Source: Bacteroides sp. UBA1773 | GTDB taxonomy: Bacteria > Bacteroidota > Bacteroidia > Bacteroidales > Bacteroidaceae | Length of the DNA: 64,000 nt | Assembly: GCA_002315285.1 (NCBI GenBank) | Contig: DCGR01000097.1 | Span: 2,447-66,446, forward strand | Direction of reading: 5' to 3' | Program-made: the position numbers and the translations under genes | Part shown: one piece after another, positions 37,351-48,395 of the stretch | Position numbering within the stretch: the first letter of the stretch is position 1 | Layout of the letters: every line of letters begins with the position of its first letter | Notes under the pieces: generated by a model | The model's input: the letters and a program-made list of their open reading frames with translations, nothing else | Told to the model about the DNA's origin: nothing | The model's database searches: none

Positions 37351-37865
37351 TTCTTCAAAAACGTATCGCGCATGGGCGAGAACGTGTCTATCAATAGACC
37401 CTCCTCCAAACACACACAGCCGTGTTCTACATCAGGAAGTTTGAACAACACATCACCTTCCTTCACGATTTTCTTTTCACCATTGATTGTAAATTCGAAT
37501 TCCCCCTTCGCCACATACGTAGCCTGAGTGTGAGGATGGTGATGCAGCGAACCTATTTCTCCTTTGTCGAAACGCACCTTCACCATCATCAAGTCCTTTC
37601 CGTATGCCATCACTTGACGTTCCACACCGCCGCCTGCATCTTCCCATTCCACATCATCGGCAAAAATAAAAGGTGCGCTATGTACTTCTTCGGCACAAGA
37701 TGTAGCCTCATGACTGCGAGCACACTGCTTGTCACATTTCGCCCCTTCACACTGATGTTCCGTACAGGACTGTTCCCCGCACTCAGTTCCATTTTCCTTT
37801 TGCTCCTTGCAACTTGACAAGAACAAAGGTGTGGCCAATACACACAATACAATCAACTTTTTCAT
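37347..37865 (-). CDS. Lipoprotein with a Cys-rich linker and a cupin_2 domain
   Basis: The ATG at 37863-37865 gives MKKLIVLCVLATPLFLSSC. The linker is ECGEQSCTEHQCEGAKCDKQCARSHEATSC. Cupin core: GSLHHHPHTQATYV...LPDVEHG. Confidence 0.7.
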   Translation of the reverse strand: MKKLIVLCVLATPLFLSSCKEQKENGTECGEQSCTEHQCEGAKCDKQCARSHEATSCAEEVHSAPFIFADDVEWEDAGGGVERQVMAYGKDLMMVKVRFDKGEIGSLHHHPHTQATYVAKGEFEFTINGEKKIVKEGDVLFKLPDVEHGCVCLEEGLLIDTFSPMRDTFLKK

Positions 37866-37915
37866 ATTTCCATTTCTCCTATTTTGTTTGCACTTCATGA
37901 CAACAGCACCTTCGC

Positions 37916-39718
37916 CTAATCCTTGTTTGCGCGTTTACGATCGAGCGCGTCGAGAAGAATTTTGCGCATACGCATCGACTTGGGCGTAACCTCCACATAC
38001 TCGTCTTCCTTAATGTATTCCAACGCCTCTTCCAGCGAGAAAACCACAGGAGGAATGATGCGGGCCTTCTCGTCGGCACCGGACGCACGCATATTGGTGA
38101 GTTGCTTGCTCTTGGTGACATTGACCACCAAATCCTTCTCGTGTACATGCTCTCCCACCACCTGTCCACCGTAAACCTCATCCTGCGGATAGATGAAAAA
38201 CTTGCCCCTGTCCTGCAAATGGTCGATGGCGTAAGCATAAGCGGTACCACTCTCCATCGCCACCATAGAACCATTGGTGCGACGCTCTATATCACCCTTG
38301 AACGGCTGATACTCCTTGAATCTATGGGCCATGATCGCCTCGCCTTGCGATGCTGTAAGGATATTCGTACGCAGACCTATAATGCCACGCGAAGGCATAT
38401 CAAACTGTATGGTCACCCTATCACCTTGGCTCTCCATTGAAGTCATCTCGCCTTTCCGACGGGTAACCAAATCAATCATCTTGCTTGCAAACTCTTCGGG
38501 AACATTAATAGTCAGTTCCTCTATCGGTTCGCAACGCACACCATCGATATCCTTGAAGATCACCTGCGGCTGACCTACCTGAAGTTCATATCCCTCACGA
38601 CGCATTGTCTCAATCAACACCGATAAATGTAGCACACCACGCCCACTTACAATCCATTTGTTCTCCTCGCCATCAAGAGGTTTCACACGCAAAGCCAGAT
38701 TCTTATCCAACTCTCGTTGCAAACGTTCATGAATATGGCGTGAAGTCACAAATTTCCCCTCACGACCAAAGAACGGAGAATCATTGATCGTGAACAACAT
38801 GCTCATCGTAGGTTCATCAACGGCAATCGGAGGCAAAGCTTCCGGATGCTCCAAGTCACAGATGGAATCACCTATCTCAAAATGCTCCAATCCAATAATA
38901 GCACAAATGTCACCAGAGGAGACTTGATTGGTCCGATGATGTCCCATGCCCTCGAAGGTGTGAAGCTCTTTTATCTTTGCCTTTTCTGAGCTACCATCAC
39001 GATGTACAATGGTCACGTTCATGCCATCGGCTAGTGTGCCACGATGTACACGTCCCACAGCGATACGTCCTGTATAGCTGGAGTAGTCAAGCGAAGTAAT
39101 CAGCATCTGAGGAGTCCCCTCCAAGTATTTAGGGGCAGGTATTGTGTTCAGAATCTCATCAAGCAAATACGTAATATCCTGGGCCGGTGTCTTCCAGTCG
39201 GGTCCCATCCAATTGTTCTTGGCCGATCCATACACCACAGGAAAATCCAATTGGTCTTCCGTAGCGTTGAGCGCGAACATCAGGTCGAACACCATCTCAT
39301 AGACCTCTTCCGGACGGCAGTTGGGCTTATCGACCTTATTGACGACAACCACAGGCTTCAATCCTATTTCAAGGGCCTTCTGCAGGACAAAGCGTGTTTG
39401 GGGCATCGATCCCTCAAAAGCATCGACCAGCAAGATGCAACCATCGGCCATGTTGAGCACCCGCTCCACCTCGCCACCGAAGTCGGAGTGCCCCGGAGTG
39501 TCGATGATGTTTATCTTTACACCTTTATAAATAATGGAAACATTCTTCGACAAAATCGTGATTCCACGTTCCCTTTCCAAATCATTATTATCGAGCATCA
39601 ACTCTCCACCAGCCTGATTGTTCCGAAACAAATGTCCCGCCAACATCATCTTATCCACCAAAGTAGTTTTACCATGATCCACATGGGCAATAATCGCAAT
39701 GTTTCTGATATCCTGCAT
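37916..39718 (-). CDS. typA: Translational GTPase TypA/BipA
   Basis: The ATG at 39716-39718 gives [36 protein letters not shown] and NKVD follow. A -7 box 21 nt upstream excludes the TTG start at 39742. Confidence 0.9.
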   Translation of the reverse strand: MQDIRNIAIIAHVDHGKTTLVDKMMLAGHLFRNNQAGGELMLDNNDLERERGITILSKNVSIIYKGVKINIIDTPGHSDFGGEVERVLNMADGCILLVDAFEGSMPQTRFVLQKALEIGLKPVVVVNKVDKPNCRPEEVYEMVFDLMFALNATEDQLDFPVVYGSAKNNWMGPDWKTPAQDITYLLDEILNTIPAPKYLEGTPQMLITSLDYSSYTGRIAVGRVHRGTLADGMNVTIVHRDGSSEKAKIKELHTFEGMGHHRTNQVSSGDICAIIGLEHFEIGDSICDLEHPEALPPIAVDEPTMSMLFTINDSPFFGREGKFVTSRHIHERLQRELDKNLALRVKPLDGEENKWIVSGRGVLHLSVLIETMRREGYELQVGQPQVIFKDIDGVRCEPIEELTINVPEEFASKMIDLVTRRKGEMTSMESQGDRVTIQFDMPSRGIIGLRTNILTASQGEAIMAHRFKEYQPFKGDIERRTNGSMVAMESGTAYAYAIDHLQDRGKFFIYPQDEVYGGQVVGEHVHEKDLVVNVTKSKQLTNMRASGADEKARIIPPVVFSLEEALEYIKEDEYVEVTPKSMRMRKILLDALDRKRANKD

Positions 39719-39739
39719 ATAATTTACTGTAATCCGCCG

Positions 39740-39747
39740 CAAAGTTA
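39740..39747 (-). promoter_or_regulatory. -7 box TAACTTTG (minus strand) for typA
   Basis: CAAAGTTA on the plus strand. Confidence 0.45.
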
Positions 39748-39790
39748 GGAAAAAAAGTTGTAAAAGACTTTGTGAACAAAAAATAATATA

Positions 39791-39798
39791 TATCTTTG
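39791..39798 (+). promoter_or_regulatory. -7 box TATCTTTG (with TTTG at 39769-39772) for rpsO
   Basis: Matches TAnnTTTG with an 18-nt spacer from TTTG. 40 nt upstream of the ATG. Confidence 0.5.
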
Positions 39799-39838
39799 CA
39801 CCCGCAAATCGAATTTATACACTATTAAAAAAGTTTTT

Positions 39839-40108
39839 ATGTATTTAGATGCAGCAAAGAAAAAGGAAATCTTTGAAAAGTACGGAAAGTCCAACACTGA
39901 TACTGGCTCACCAGAAGCCCAGATAGCATTGTTTTCCTACCGTATTTCTCACCTGACTGAGCACCTGAAGCTCAACAGAAAAGATTATAGTACAGAGAGA
40001 GCCTTGACAATGTTGGTAGGCAAGCGGCGTTCACTGCTCAACTACCTGAAGGAACGTGATATCAACCGTTACCGCGAAATCGTCAAGAATCTCGGATTGC
40101 GTAAGTAA
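39839..40108 (+). CDS. rpsO: 30S ribosomal protein S15
   Basis: 89 aa. Contains GSPEAQIALFSYRISHLTEHLKLNRKDYSTERAL. Confidence 0.95.
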   Translation: MYLDAAKKKEIFEKYGKSNTDTGSPEAQIALFSYRISHLTEHLKLNRKDYSTERALTMLVGKRRSLLNYLKERDINRYREIVKNLGLRK

Positions 40109-40130
40109 TCACTCCTTACTGATTATCGAA

Positions 40131-40168
40131 AAGGAGGTAAATGCCCATGGGTGTTTGCCTCCTTTTTC
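40131..40168 (+). terminator. Rho-independent terminator of rpsO
   Basis: AAGGAGG...CCCATGGG...CCTCCTT long stem followed by TTTTT. Confidence 0.7.
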
Positions 40169-40285
40169 GTTTGCAGGCTGAAATTTTCCCCATCGTTTAG
40201 CATCAACAACATCGAGACCGCACGAAAATCGTGCAAAAAAGGAAAAGATATTTCCAAAAAACATTGCATCTATCTCATTTTTGTG

Positions 40286-40293
40286 TACTTTTG
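40286..40293 (+). promoter_or_regulatory. -7 box TACTTTTG for tamB
   Basis: Lies inside the track ORF (TTG start at 40281) and 20 nt upstream of the ATG at 40314. Confidence 0.4.
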
Positions 40294-40313
40294 ACCGTTC
40301 AATTTTGGTTGTC

Positions 40314-43300
40314 ATGACAAAACAGAAGCCTATGCAAAAACGCCTGACAAGGATTGTCGGTTGGATTGTTGCAACACCAACCATCCTGTTTTTGGTGATG
40401 ACCTTTCTCGTGTATTTGCCTCCAATACAACAACGGCTCATTGCGGCCGCAACCCAAGCCATAGCCCAAAGCACCGGCTTCCACATACAGATACAACACG
40501 TCGCCTTGCAATTCCCATTAGGCCTTTCCGTCAAGGAAACCAGCATCCAATCCCCACAAGGAGACACTTTGGCACAGGCCGATGACATCGGAATAGACAT
40601 CCAGTTGGTTCCCCTGCTATGGAAAGAGATCGCGATAGACGGAATTTACGTAAGCGGCCTGCGCATCGACACGCAAGACCATATTCCCAATCTGCACCTA
40701 TCTGCACTGGTTGGCGAGATTTTCCTCGACAGCCACGGAATAGACATTGCCAACGAAACGGCCACGATCAACAGAATCTCCTTGTCTGATGCCGACCTGT
40801 CGGTTGCCTACACCGACTCGGCCGCCACAAAGGGAAACACCGACACCACATCGCTCCAACTCCCATGGAAACTGTTGGTAGAAAATGTGGACATCAACGA
40901 TGCCAACATCAAATTCCAGATGCTACCCGATTCGGTCGCCATAGCTTCGGACATCCGACACCTATCATTACGACATGGCATGGCCGACATGAACAACAGC
41001 ACCTATTCGCTCCGCAGCATCAACCTGACGAAAACCTCCCTGACGACCGATCTTGACCATCAACCGCCACACGAGGGATTCGATGGGAACCACATTTGGC
41101 TGTCCGACATCAGCCTCTCCTTCGATTCACTCCGCTACCAAGGACGCAACATCACCGCACTCATCAACCAGTGTGCTTTTTCCGAACGATCCGGACTACG
41201 CTTGCGATCCACCAAAGGGAGCATCACATCCGACAGCACCCACATCACGATTCCCCGCCTCAACCTTTCCACAGACAACTCCATCCTGCAAATGGAAGGA
41301 AGCATCGACTGGAACGCGTTGCAAGAGAGCCGCACTGGCAGGCTTCGCACACACATCCATAGCAAAATAGGAAAGAAGGACCTTCAAATCATCACGCACC
41401 GGACTGATACACTCTTTCAGCAACACTTTCCAGACAAACCTCTTCAACTGGATATCAATGTTGCCGGCAACCTTGACCAACTGACAATCCAGAATTGCAA
41501 TGTAACCTTAACCGATGCTTTCGACATTGAACTGGATGGCTGTTTCCACCACATCACCGATTCACTATTGCGAACCGCCGGCTTATCCTGCCATTTCCGA
41601 GCACACGACATGACATTCCTTACGCCACTCACGCAGGGACAATTAGCCATTCCACAGACAACACACTTGGAAGCAAATTGTGAGTTGATGCGAGATGACC
41701 TGAATGCAACAGCACAACTCTTCCGTCATGCTTCCGACAGCGTACCCAGTGCGTCCCTCAGCGCAGCCTACTCTCTCTCCAACCATACCTACCATGTCAA
41801 TGCCGAAACCAACAGTCTCGACCTTCACGACTTTCTGCCCGCCGACTCAATTTTCCATATCAACACTGAACTACATGCCTACGGACAATATTTTAACCCC
41901 TTCTCTCCCTACACATCACTACACGCCACAGCACAACTTGAACGACTTGAATATGGCTTAACCACCCTTTCACACTCCCTGTTCAAAGCGGATTTTGAGG
42001 AACACCAATTCAACATCCGACTCGACTCCGACAACAACCTACTCAAGGCTGACGCACAACTCCAAGGCTACATCCACCCCGATGATGCCACAGCCAAACT
42101 CACGCTCAACATCAACAATCTTGATTGGCAGGCACTACATCTCACACCACAACCCATCCGTTCGCAACACACACTGAACTTCGACCTGCAAAGCAATCTG
42201 CGTGAGTACCATACGCTCAACCTATCACTTACAGACAACATCATCACCAACCGACGCCGGCCACAAAAGGCAAAGGACTTGTCAATTCATTTCCACACCA
42301 ACACAGACAGTACACAAGCACAACTTTCAACTGGTGATTTGAATATTGACTTTACAGCCAAAGAATATGCTTTCCGACTCTCCGAACAATTCACTACATT
42401 GCTGAATACCATCCAACAACAATGGAGTTCCAAACATCTCAGCCAATCGAATCTACGCGAACTTTTACCCAATGTTTCGCTCAGCATCACCTCTGGCAAA
42501 GAGAACCTTATTTACAATCTATTGTCAATCAATGGATTCAAATATGACAGTATGCGATTTCAAATTAATGCCGATGCGATGCAAGGGTTAAACAGTTCAT
42601 TTAGGATACTCGGACTTCAGTCCGATAGTGTTGCCATAGACACACTCTACATGAACATCCTACAAGACACTACAGCCATCCACCTGCAAAGTGGCGCAAT
42701 CAAAAACAAGTCACGGGACACCAACGCCTTTAACGCAAAACTAATGGGTGGCATCAACGACAAATCCGGACAACTCTTACTCGAATACCTAAACGCACAA
42801 AACCAACAAGGCATCTATCTTGGCCTACAAGCCGATCTGCGGCAAAAAGGCATACGCCTGCATTTCTTCCCTGAACAACCCACAATCATGTACCATCCTT
42901 TCACGTTCAACAAGCGAAATACCATCTATCTGTCTGACAGAGGACGTATCTACGGTAATGTACAGCTACACGATGAATCGGGGTCAGGTCTGGACTTCCA
43001 CACTCATTTCACTGATTCCGTTACAAAGCAAGATGCCACGCTGGCCCTACAAAACATCAACTTGCATGAAATACGCAACATCTATCCTTTCATTCCACAT
43101 CTCGAAGGAATCTTCGGCACAGAACTTCACTACATCGACACTGGCACAACCCAATCGCTCAATGCCGATTGCTCCATCCGCGACTTCGTGTATGAGAACA
43201 CACCGCTTGGCACCTGGGAGTTTGGTGGAACCTATCTGCCAAACAAACAAGGCGAACACTTCATCGACGCATACGTACAACAAAACAACAAAGAGATTCT

Positions 43301-44906
43301 GACCCTACAAGGCACCTATAAGGAAGGAAAGCGAGACAGCCTAAAAGCGGAAGTCAACCTCGACCATTTTCCTTTGGACATCGTCAATCCATTCATTCCC
43401 GATGCCACGCTGGCGATGCAAGGAAACATCAACGGCACACTCTACATGAACAGTCCAACAGACTTGCCACTGCTTAACGGCATGTTGGCGATGAACAATG
43501 TAGCAGTAGACATCCCCTCTGCATCCGCCCACTTCGCTTTCTGCAACAATCCACTACAGATGACCAATAGCCGCATCCTATTCGACGACTACAAGATCTA
43601 CACACACAACAAAAATCCATTCACAATCAGCGGCAATGTCGATTTGCATGATGTGGGACAAACAAGCCTCGACCTACATCTGAAAACAAGCAATTATGAA
43701 CTAATCAACGCCAAGAAAAAACGTAATGCCATGCTTTACGGAAAACTACTTGTAGATTTGGATGCTACGCTCAAAGGTAATCTGGACAAGCTTTCACTTC
43801 AAGGACGCATGAATGTACTTGGCAAATCCGATTTCACCTATGTGCTTGCCAATTCCCCCCTACAAGTGGAAGACCGTTTAGGCGAACTAGTCACCTTCAC
43901 CGACTTCAGCCAAGACCAATATGCGGAGGAGGAAGATGATTCGCTCACGCTCAACAATTCACTAAGCGGATTTGACATTCTCATGACACTCCACATCGAC
44001 CAAGCAGTTAGAGCACGCATCAACCTTACCTCCGATGGCTCAAACTACATGATGCTCGAGGGAGGTGGAGACCTGTCGTTCCAATACACTCCACAAGGAG
44101 AGATGCTACTCAACGGACGCTACGCACTTATCAGCGGTGAACTAAAATATGACATACCCATCATCCCGCTTCGGACATTTAATATCAAGAATGGAAGCTA
44201 CGTGCAATGGAATGGGCCTGTTCTCAATCCCACGCTCAACATCACAGCTACCGAACGGACACGATCCTCAGTCGGCACTCGAGGTCAAACACCACGCATG
44301 GTAGCATTCGATGTAGGATTGCAGCTCAAGAATCAGTTGCAAAATCTTGACATGGCATTTGTCCTTTCCGCTCCAGAGGATGCTTCCGTGCAAGACCAAA
44401 TAAAATCGATGAGTGCAGAGGAACAAAACAAGATAGCCGTGACCATGTTGGTCACAGGAATTTATCTGGCCGAAGGGAACACCAGCGGCACATTCAATGC
44501 CTCCAATACGCTTAACGCATTCCTGCAAAACCAAATTTCGAACATTGCCGGACAGACCATGGAAATGAACTTCGATATGAACGATCGCACAACCGAAGCT
44601 GGGACACAAACGGATTATAATTTCCAATTTGCAAAACGATTTTGGAACAACCGCTTCCGCATAGCCCTTGGAGGTACCGTTTCCACAGGAAACGTAGTCG
44701 CCAACAAGCAGACTTTCATCAATAATGTTTCCGTTGAATATCGCCTTGACAACAGCGGAACCCGCAACATAAAACTCTTCTACGACAAAAATTACCAAAG
44801 CATTCTCGAAGGTGAAATAACTGAAATGGGCTTAGGTGTTTTACTCCGTAAGAAAGTGACAAATTTAGGTGAACTATTCATTTTCAAACAACACCAATCC
44901 CAATGA
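40314..44906 (+). CDS. tamB: Translocation and assembly module protein TamB (DUF490-type C-terminus)
   Basis: About 1530 aa. N-terminal TM anchor (IVGWIVATPTILFLVMTFLVYL), long beta-rich repeat body and conserved C-terminal block (NFQFAKRFWNNRFRIALGG...VEYRL). Overlaps the next gene by 4 nt. Confidence 0.75.
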   Translation: MTKQKPMQKRLTRIVGWIVATPTILFLVMTFLVYLPPIQQRLIAAATQAIAQSTGFHIQIQHVALQFPLGLSVKETSIQSPQGDTLAQADDIGIDIQLVPLLWKEIAIDGIYVSGLRIDTQDHIPNLHLSALVGEIFLDSHGIDIANETATINRISLSDADLSVAYTDSAATKGNTDTTSLQLPWKLLVENVDINDANIKFQMLPDSVAIASDIRHLSLRHGMADMNNSTYSLRSINLTKTSLTTDLDHQPPHEGFDGNHIWLSDISLSFDSLRYQGRNITALINQCAFSERSGLRLRSTKGSITSDSTHITIPRLNLSTDNSILQMEGSIDWNALQESRTGRLRTHIHSKIGKKDLQIITHRTDTLFQQHFPDKPLQLDINVAGNLDQLTIQNCNVTLTDAFDIELDGCFHHITDSLLRTAGLSCHFRAHDMTFLTPLTQGQLAIPQTTHLEANCELMRDDLNATAQLFRHASDSVPSASLSAAYSLSNHTYHVNAETNSLDLHDFLPADSIFHINTELHAYGQYFNPFSPYTSLHATAQLERLEYGLTTLSHSLFKADFEEHQFNIRLDSDNNLLKADAQLQGYIHPDDATAKLTLNINNLDWQALHLTPQPIRSQHTLNFDLQSNLREYHTLNLSLTDNIITNRRRPQKAKDLSIHFHTNTDSTQAQLSTGDLNIDFTAKEYAFRLSEQFTTLLNTIQQQWSSKHLSQSNLRELLPNVSLSITSGKENLIYNLLSINGFKYDSMRFQINADAMQGLNSSFRILGLQSDSVAIDTLYMNILQDTTAIHLQSGAIKNKSRDTNAFNAKLMGGINDKSGQLLLEYLNAQNQQGIYLGLQADLRQKGIRLHFFPEQPTIMYHPFTFNKRNTIYLSDRGRIYGNVQLHDESGSGLDFHTHFTDSVTKQDATLALQNINLHEIRNIYPFIPHLEGIFGTELHYIDTGTTQSLNADCSIRDFVYENTPLGTWEFGGTYLPNKQGEHFIDAYVQQNNKEILTLQGTYKEGKRDSLKAEVNLDHFPLDIVNPFIPDATLAMQGNINGTLYMNSPTDLPLLNGMLAMNNVAVDIPSASAHFAFCNNPLQMTNSRILFDDYKIYTHNKNPFTISGNVDLHDVGQTSLDLHLKTSNYELINAKKKRNAMLYGKLLVDLDATLKGNLDKLSLQGRMNVLGKSDFTYVLANSPLQVEDRLGELVTFTDFSQDQYAEEEDDSLTLNNSLSGFDILMTLHIDQAVRARINLTSDGSNYMMLEGGGDLSFQYTPQGEMLLNGRYALISGELKYDIPIIPLRTFNIKNGSYVQWNGPVLNPTLNITATERTRSSVGTRGQTPRMVAFDVGLQLKNQLQNLDMAFVLSAPEDASVQDQIKSMSAEEQNKIAVTMLVTGIYLAEGNTSGTFNASNTLNAFLQNQISNIAGQTMEMNFDMNDRTTEAGTQTDYNFQFAKRFWNNRFRIALGGTVSTGNVVANKQTFINNVSVEYRLDNSGTRNIKLFYDKNYQSILEGEITEMGLGVLLRKKVTNLGELFIFKQHQSQ

Positions 44907-47260
44907 TTCAAATCCGCCCACATATCATCACCCATTTGTACAATCATTGCTCTGTTGCCATTTTATTTGTGCTAACGTTGACATGGGCAGCATGTTCTAC
45001 AACCAATCATCTACCAGAAGGAGAAAAACTCTACGTAGGTATAGACAAATGGGAACAAACGGGCCAACTTGGAGACACCCCTACTGCCACCACAGCCCAA
45101 GCCGAAGTAGAAGCTGCCCTATCCTATCCGCCCAATGGCTCTTTTTTAGGAAGCAGTACCCTACGTTCTCCGCTCAACATCGGATTATGGATATACAACG
45201 GATTTGAACGCTATAGCGACAAGAATGGTTTTGGACGATGGATCTTCGATAAGTTCGGTTCTACTCCCGTACTCGTTTCGACTGTCAACCCCAGCACACG
45301 AGCGACTATCGCCACCAATCTCATGCACGATTATGGCTATTTCAACGGGAGTATCACTTCAAGGCAAATACCACAAAAGAATCCCCGCAAGGTAAGAATC
45401 CATTACTCACTCAACTGGGGAAATCCATTTTTCATCGACTCGCTAGCCTATCTCAAGTTTCCCCATGATGCCGACACGCTCATTCAAAACAGCATGTCAC
45501 AATCGCTTGTCCGAAGAGGTGACCAATTCAATGTTGTCACACTCAACGAAGAACGCACACGTATCAGTGACTTATTGCGAAACAATGGCTACTACTACTT
45601 CAGCCCCTCGTATCTCACCTATCGTGCCGACACTCTCATGCATCCAGGTTTTGTTAACCTTCAGTTGCTCACCACCCAGAACCTACCTCAACAAGCCAAA
45701 CGCCGATACCATATCGGTCGCACCTCTCTTTATCTCTTCGACCCACAACACACCACGCACACTGACTCTCTCAAAATGCGTTCCATGACCATCTACTATA
45801 ACGGCAAAAAGCCAGGAATCCGTCCTGGAGTAATACTCAAACGTCTATTCTACAAACAAGGTGAACTTTATTCTGCCGACCGTCAATCCCTATCCCAACA
45901 ACTATTAGCTCGTTTAGGAGTATTCCAATACACTCAATTCCAGTATGTTCCATCCGATTCCGCCACGACTTGCGATACACTCAACGTTCGTATCAATGCC
46001 GTGTTCGACAAACCCTACGATGCTGAACTGGAGTTCAACCTCACCAATAAAAGCAACCGACAAATGGGACCAGGAGCCATCTTCACGCTTAATCGAAAAA
46101 ACTTCTTACGAACAGGTGCCACCCTATCCTGGCAAGTAAAAGGATCTTACGAATGGCAAACACATTCCACCACAGAAGGCGATAGATCCATCATGAATTC
46201 CTTCGATTTCGGCACCTCCGTGGCACTTGAACATCCACGCATCGTACTCCCATGGAAAAACAACACGCTCAAACGGGCACGCTATCCGCAAAGCACACAA
46301 ACGAAACTGAATGCCGACCTGCTCAACCGCGCTGGTTATTTCCAAATGTTATCCTTTGGAGGTTCGCTGACCTACCATTTCAGTACCAACCGACTCGTTC
46401 GGCACACAATCACGCCCTTCAGCCTCACATACAACACACTACTTCATACCACCGCAAAATACGACTCCATCATAGCTACCAATCGGAATCTTGCCCTCAG
46501 CATGGCCGACAAATTCATACCTGCTATCAGCTATACATTCACCTACGACAATTCACCCAATAAGCGCCGCCACAAATTATGGTGGGAAACAACTATAAAA
46601 TCATCGGGCAACATCACCTCACTACTCTATGCCGCTTGCGGAAAAAGTTTTTCAGAAACCAACAAAACCCTGTTTGGCACACCCTACGCACAGTTTCTCA
46701 AACTCACCTCAGAGTTACGTACCCTACTAAAAATCAACGACAACCACCATGTAGCGTTACGCTTGTCAGGTGGCATCATCTACTCATACGGCAACCAAGA
46801 AATAACACCATACACCGAGCAATTTTATGTAGGTGGAGCCAACAGCATCCGAGCCTTCACCGTACGGTCCATCGGTCCAGGCCGCTACCACCCAAAGGCA
46901 GATGAACGATATGGCTATCTTGACGAGACAGGAGATGTGAAACTCGAATTCAATGCCGAATATCGTTTCCACATCATCAGCGGCCTCAATGGTGCCTTTT
47001 TCCTCGATGCAGGCAATGTGTGGAAACTGCGTGACGATCCATCCATGCCCGGTAGCCAAATCACTATTCGCAATTTCGCAAACAGCATCGCCACCGGCAC
47101 GGGAACCGGACTACGCTACGATCTCGATTTCCTGGTACTTCGCTTAGACCTTGGTATAGCTCTGCACATGCCCTATGATACGGGGAAAAACAGCTACTAC
47201 AATGTACCCAAGTTTTCCGATGGTCTGGGACTTCATTTTGCCATTGGTTATCCGTTCTGA
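44903..47260 (+). CDS. BamA/TamA-family outer-membrane protein
   Basis: 785 aa with a lipoprotein-like N-terminus (LTWAAC). The C-terminal 16-strand barrel signature ends ...GLHFAIGYPF. FYVGGANSIRAF motif. Confidence 0.75.
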   Translation: MIQIRPHIITHLYNHCSVAILFVLTLTWAACSTTNHLPEGEKLYVGIDKWEQTGQLGDTPTATTAQAEVEAALSYPPNGSFLGSSTLRSPLNIGLWIYNGFERYSDKNGFGRWIFDKFGSTPVLVSTVNPSTRATIATNLMHDYGYFNGSITSRQIPQKNPRKVRIHYSLNWGNPFFIDSLAYLKFPHDADTLIQNSMSQSLVRRGDQFNVVTLNEERTRISDLLRNNGYYYFSPSYLTYRADTLMHPGFVNLQLLTTQNLPQQAKRRYHIGRTSLYLFDPQHTTHTDSLKMRSMTIYYNGKKPGIRPGVILKRLFYKQGELYSADRQSLSQQLLARLGVFQYTQFQYVPSDSATTCDTLNVRINAVFDKPYDAELEFNLTNKSNRQMGPGAIFTLNRKNFLRTGATLSWQVKGSYEWQTHSTTEGDRSIMNSFDFGTSVALEHPRIVLPWKNNTLKRARYPQSTQTKLNADLLNRAGYFQMLSFGGSLTYHFSTNRLVRHTITPFSLTYNTLLHTTAKYDSIIATNRNLALSMADKFIPAISYTFTYDNSPNKRRHKLWWETTIKSSGNITSLLYAACGKSFSETNKTLFGTPYAQFLKLTSELRTLLKINDNHHVALRLSGGIIYSYGNQEITPYTEQFYVGGANSIRAFTVRSIGPGRYHPKADERYGYLDETGDVKLEFNAEYRFHIISGLNGAFFLDAGNVWKLRDDPSMPGSQITIRNFANSIATGTGTGLRYDLDFLVLRLDLGIALHMPYDTGKNSYYNVPKFSDGLGLHFAIGYPF

Positions 47261-47357
47261 TACAGTTTGTTCACGTTACAAACCTCCCGTTCTATCGAAA
47301 ACACCACATTTAGTGTTTTTTTACTATTTGCCTACACCATTTCAGCAAAAGATGTGC

Positions 47358-47365
47358 TACCTTTG
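47358..47365 (+). promoter_or_regulatory. -7 box TACCTTTG
   Basis: 27 nt upstream of the ATG at 47393. Confidence 0.4.
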
Positions 47366-47392
47366 CCGTTGAAAATTTAAAAACTTCATAGA

Positions 47393-48307
47393 ATGAAACC
47401 CACATTGTTTTTGCTTGCTGCCGGCATGGGCAGTCGTTACGGTGGTTTGAAACAACTGGATGGACTAGGACCCAACGGCGAAACCATCATGGACTATAGT
47501 ATCCATGATGCCATCAAGGCTGGTTTTGGGAAACTCGTATTCGTAATCCGCAAGGATTTCGAACAGGACTTCCGTGACAAGATCATTTCAAAATACGAAG
47601 ATCACATACCCTGTGAGCTTGTGTTCCAAAGCATCCACGACTTGCCTGAAGGCTTTACCTGTCCCGAAGGTCGCACTAAGCCATGGGGTACAAACCACGC
47701 TGTCATGATGGGAGCTGATGTCATCAAAGAACCATTTGCCGTCATCAACTGTGATGATTTCTATGGTACCGACTCATTTCGAGTGATGGGAGAATTCTTG
47801 GCAAATCTACCAGAAGGATCCACTAATACTTACGCCATGGTAGGTTTTCGGGTTGGCAATACCCTTAGTGAAAGTGGCACTGTGAGCAGAGGTGTCTGCG
47901 GAACCAGTTCTGGACGTATGCTTGCTTCAGTCGTTGAACGCACCAAGATACAACGCATTGATGGCGAAGTGAAATATCTCGATGATGACAACACCACATG
48001 GGTAACTATTTCAGAGAATACACCCGTCAGCATGAATTTCTGGGGATTTACCCCCGACTATTTCGCCTACAGCACCGATTATTTCAAGCGTTTCCTCAGC
48101 AATCCGAAAAACATCGAGAACTTAAAAGCCGAGTTCTTCATCCCACTCATGGTCGATGAACTTATCCACAACAATACCGCAACCTGCGAAGTGCTCGACA
48201 CAACCAGCAAGTGGTTTGGTGTCACATACCCAGAGGACCGCCAAGATGTTGTCAATAAAATCAAAGCTTTGGTTGATGAAGGTGCTTACCCAAAACATTT
48301 GTTCTGA
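47393..48307 (+). CDS. Nucleotidyltransferase-family protein (sugar-phosphate NT-like)
   Basis: LLAAGMGSRYGGLKQL N-terminal glycine-rich loop. 304 aa. Confidence 0.6.
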   Translation: MKPTLFLLAAGMGSRYGGLKQLDGLGPNGETIMDYSIHDAIKAGFGKLVFVIRKDFEQDFRDKIISKYEDHIPCELVFQSIHDLPEGFTCPEGRTKPWGTNHAVMMGADVIKEPFAVINCDDFYGTDSFRVMGEFLANLPEGSTNTYAMVGFRVGNTLSESGTVSRGVCGTSSGRMLASVVERTKIQRIDGEVKYLDDDNTTWVTISENTPVSMNFWGFTPDYFAYSTDYFKRFLSNPKNIENLKAEFFIPLMVDELIHNNTATCEVLDTTSKWFGVTYPEDRQDVVNKIKALVDEGAYPKHLF

Positions 48308-48320
48308 TTTACCACTCTAT

Positions 48321-48363
48321 CCGCATGACTTCCTTTGTATCTGATGTCTTGTAAGTCATGCGG
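48321..48363. other. Perfect 11-bp-stem hairpin CCGCATGACTT / AAGTCATGCGG with a 21-nt loop
   Basis: Seen directly, 14 nt after the stop at 48307. No T-tract follows. Confidence 0.5.
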
Positions 48364-48395
48364 ACACATTCATTAATTCTCAATACACTCCAATC

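Noticed and set aside
40109-40600. 163-aa minus-strand ORF spanning the rpsO terminator and the tamB 5' end.
   Set aside because: It covers a terminator hairpin, a promoter box and the start of tamB. Its composition is implausible, and it is best explained as chance.
48162-48170. Perfect DnaA-box-like TTATCCACA.
   Set aside because: It is a single copy inside a coding region, with no cluster or AT-rich unwinding element, so it is probably coincidental.
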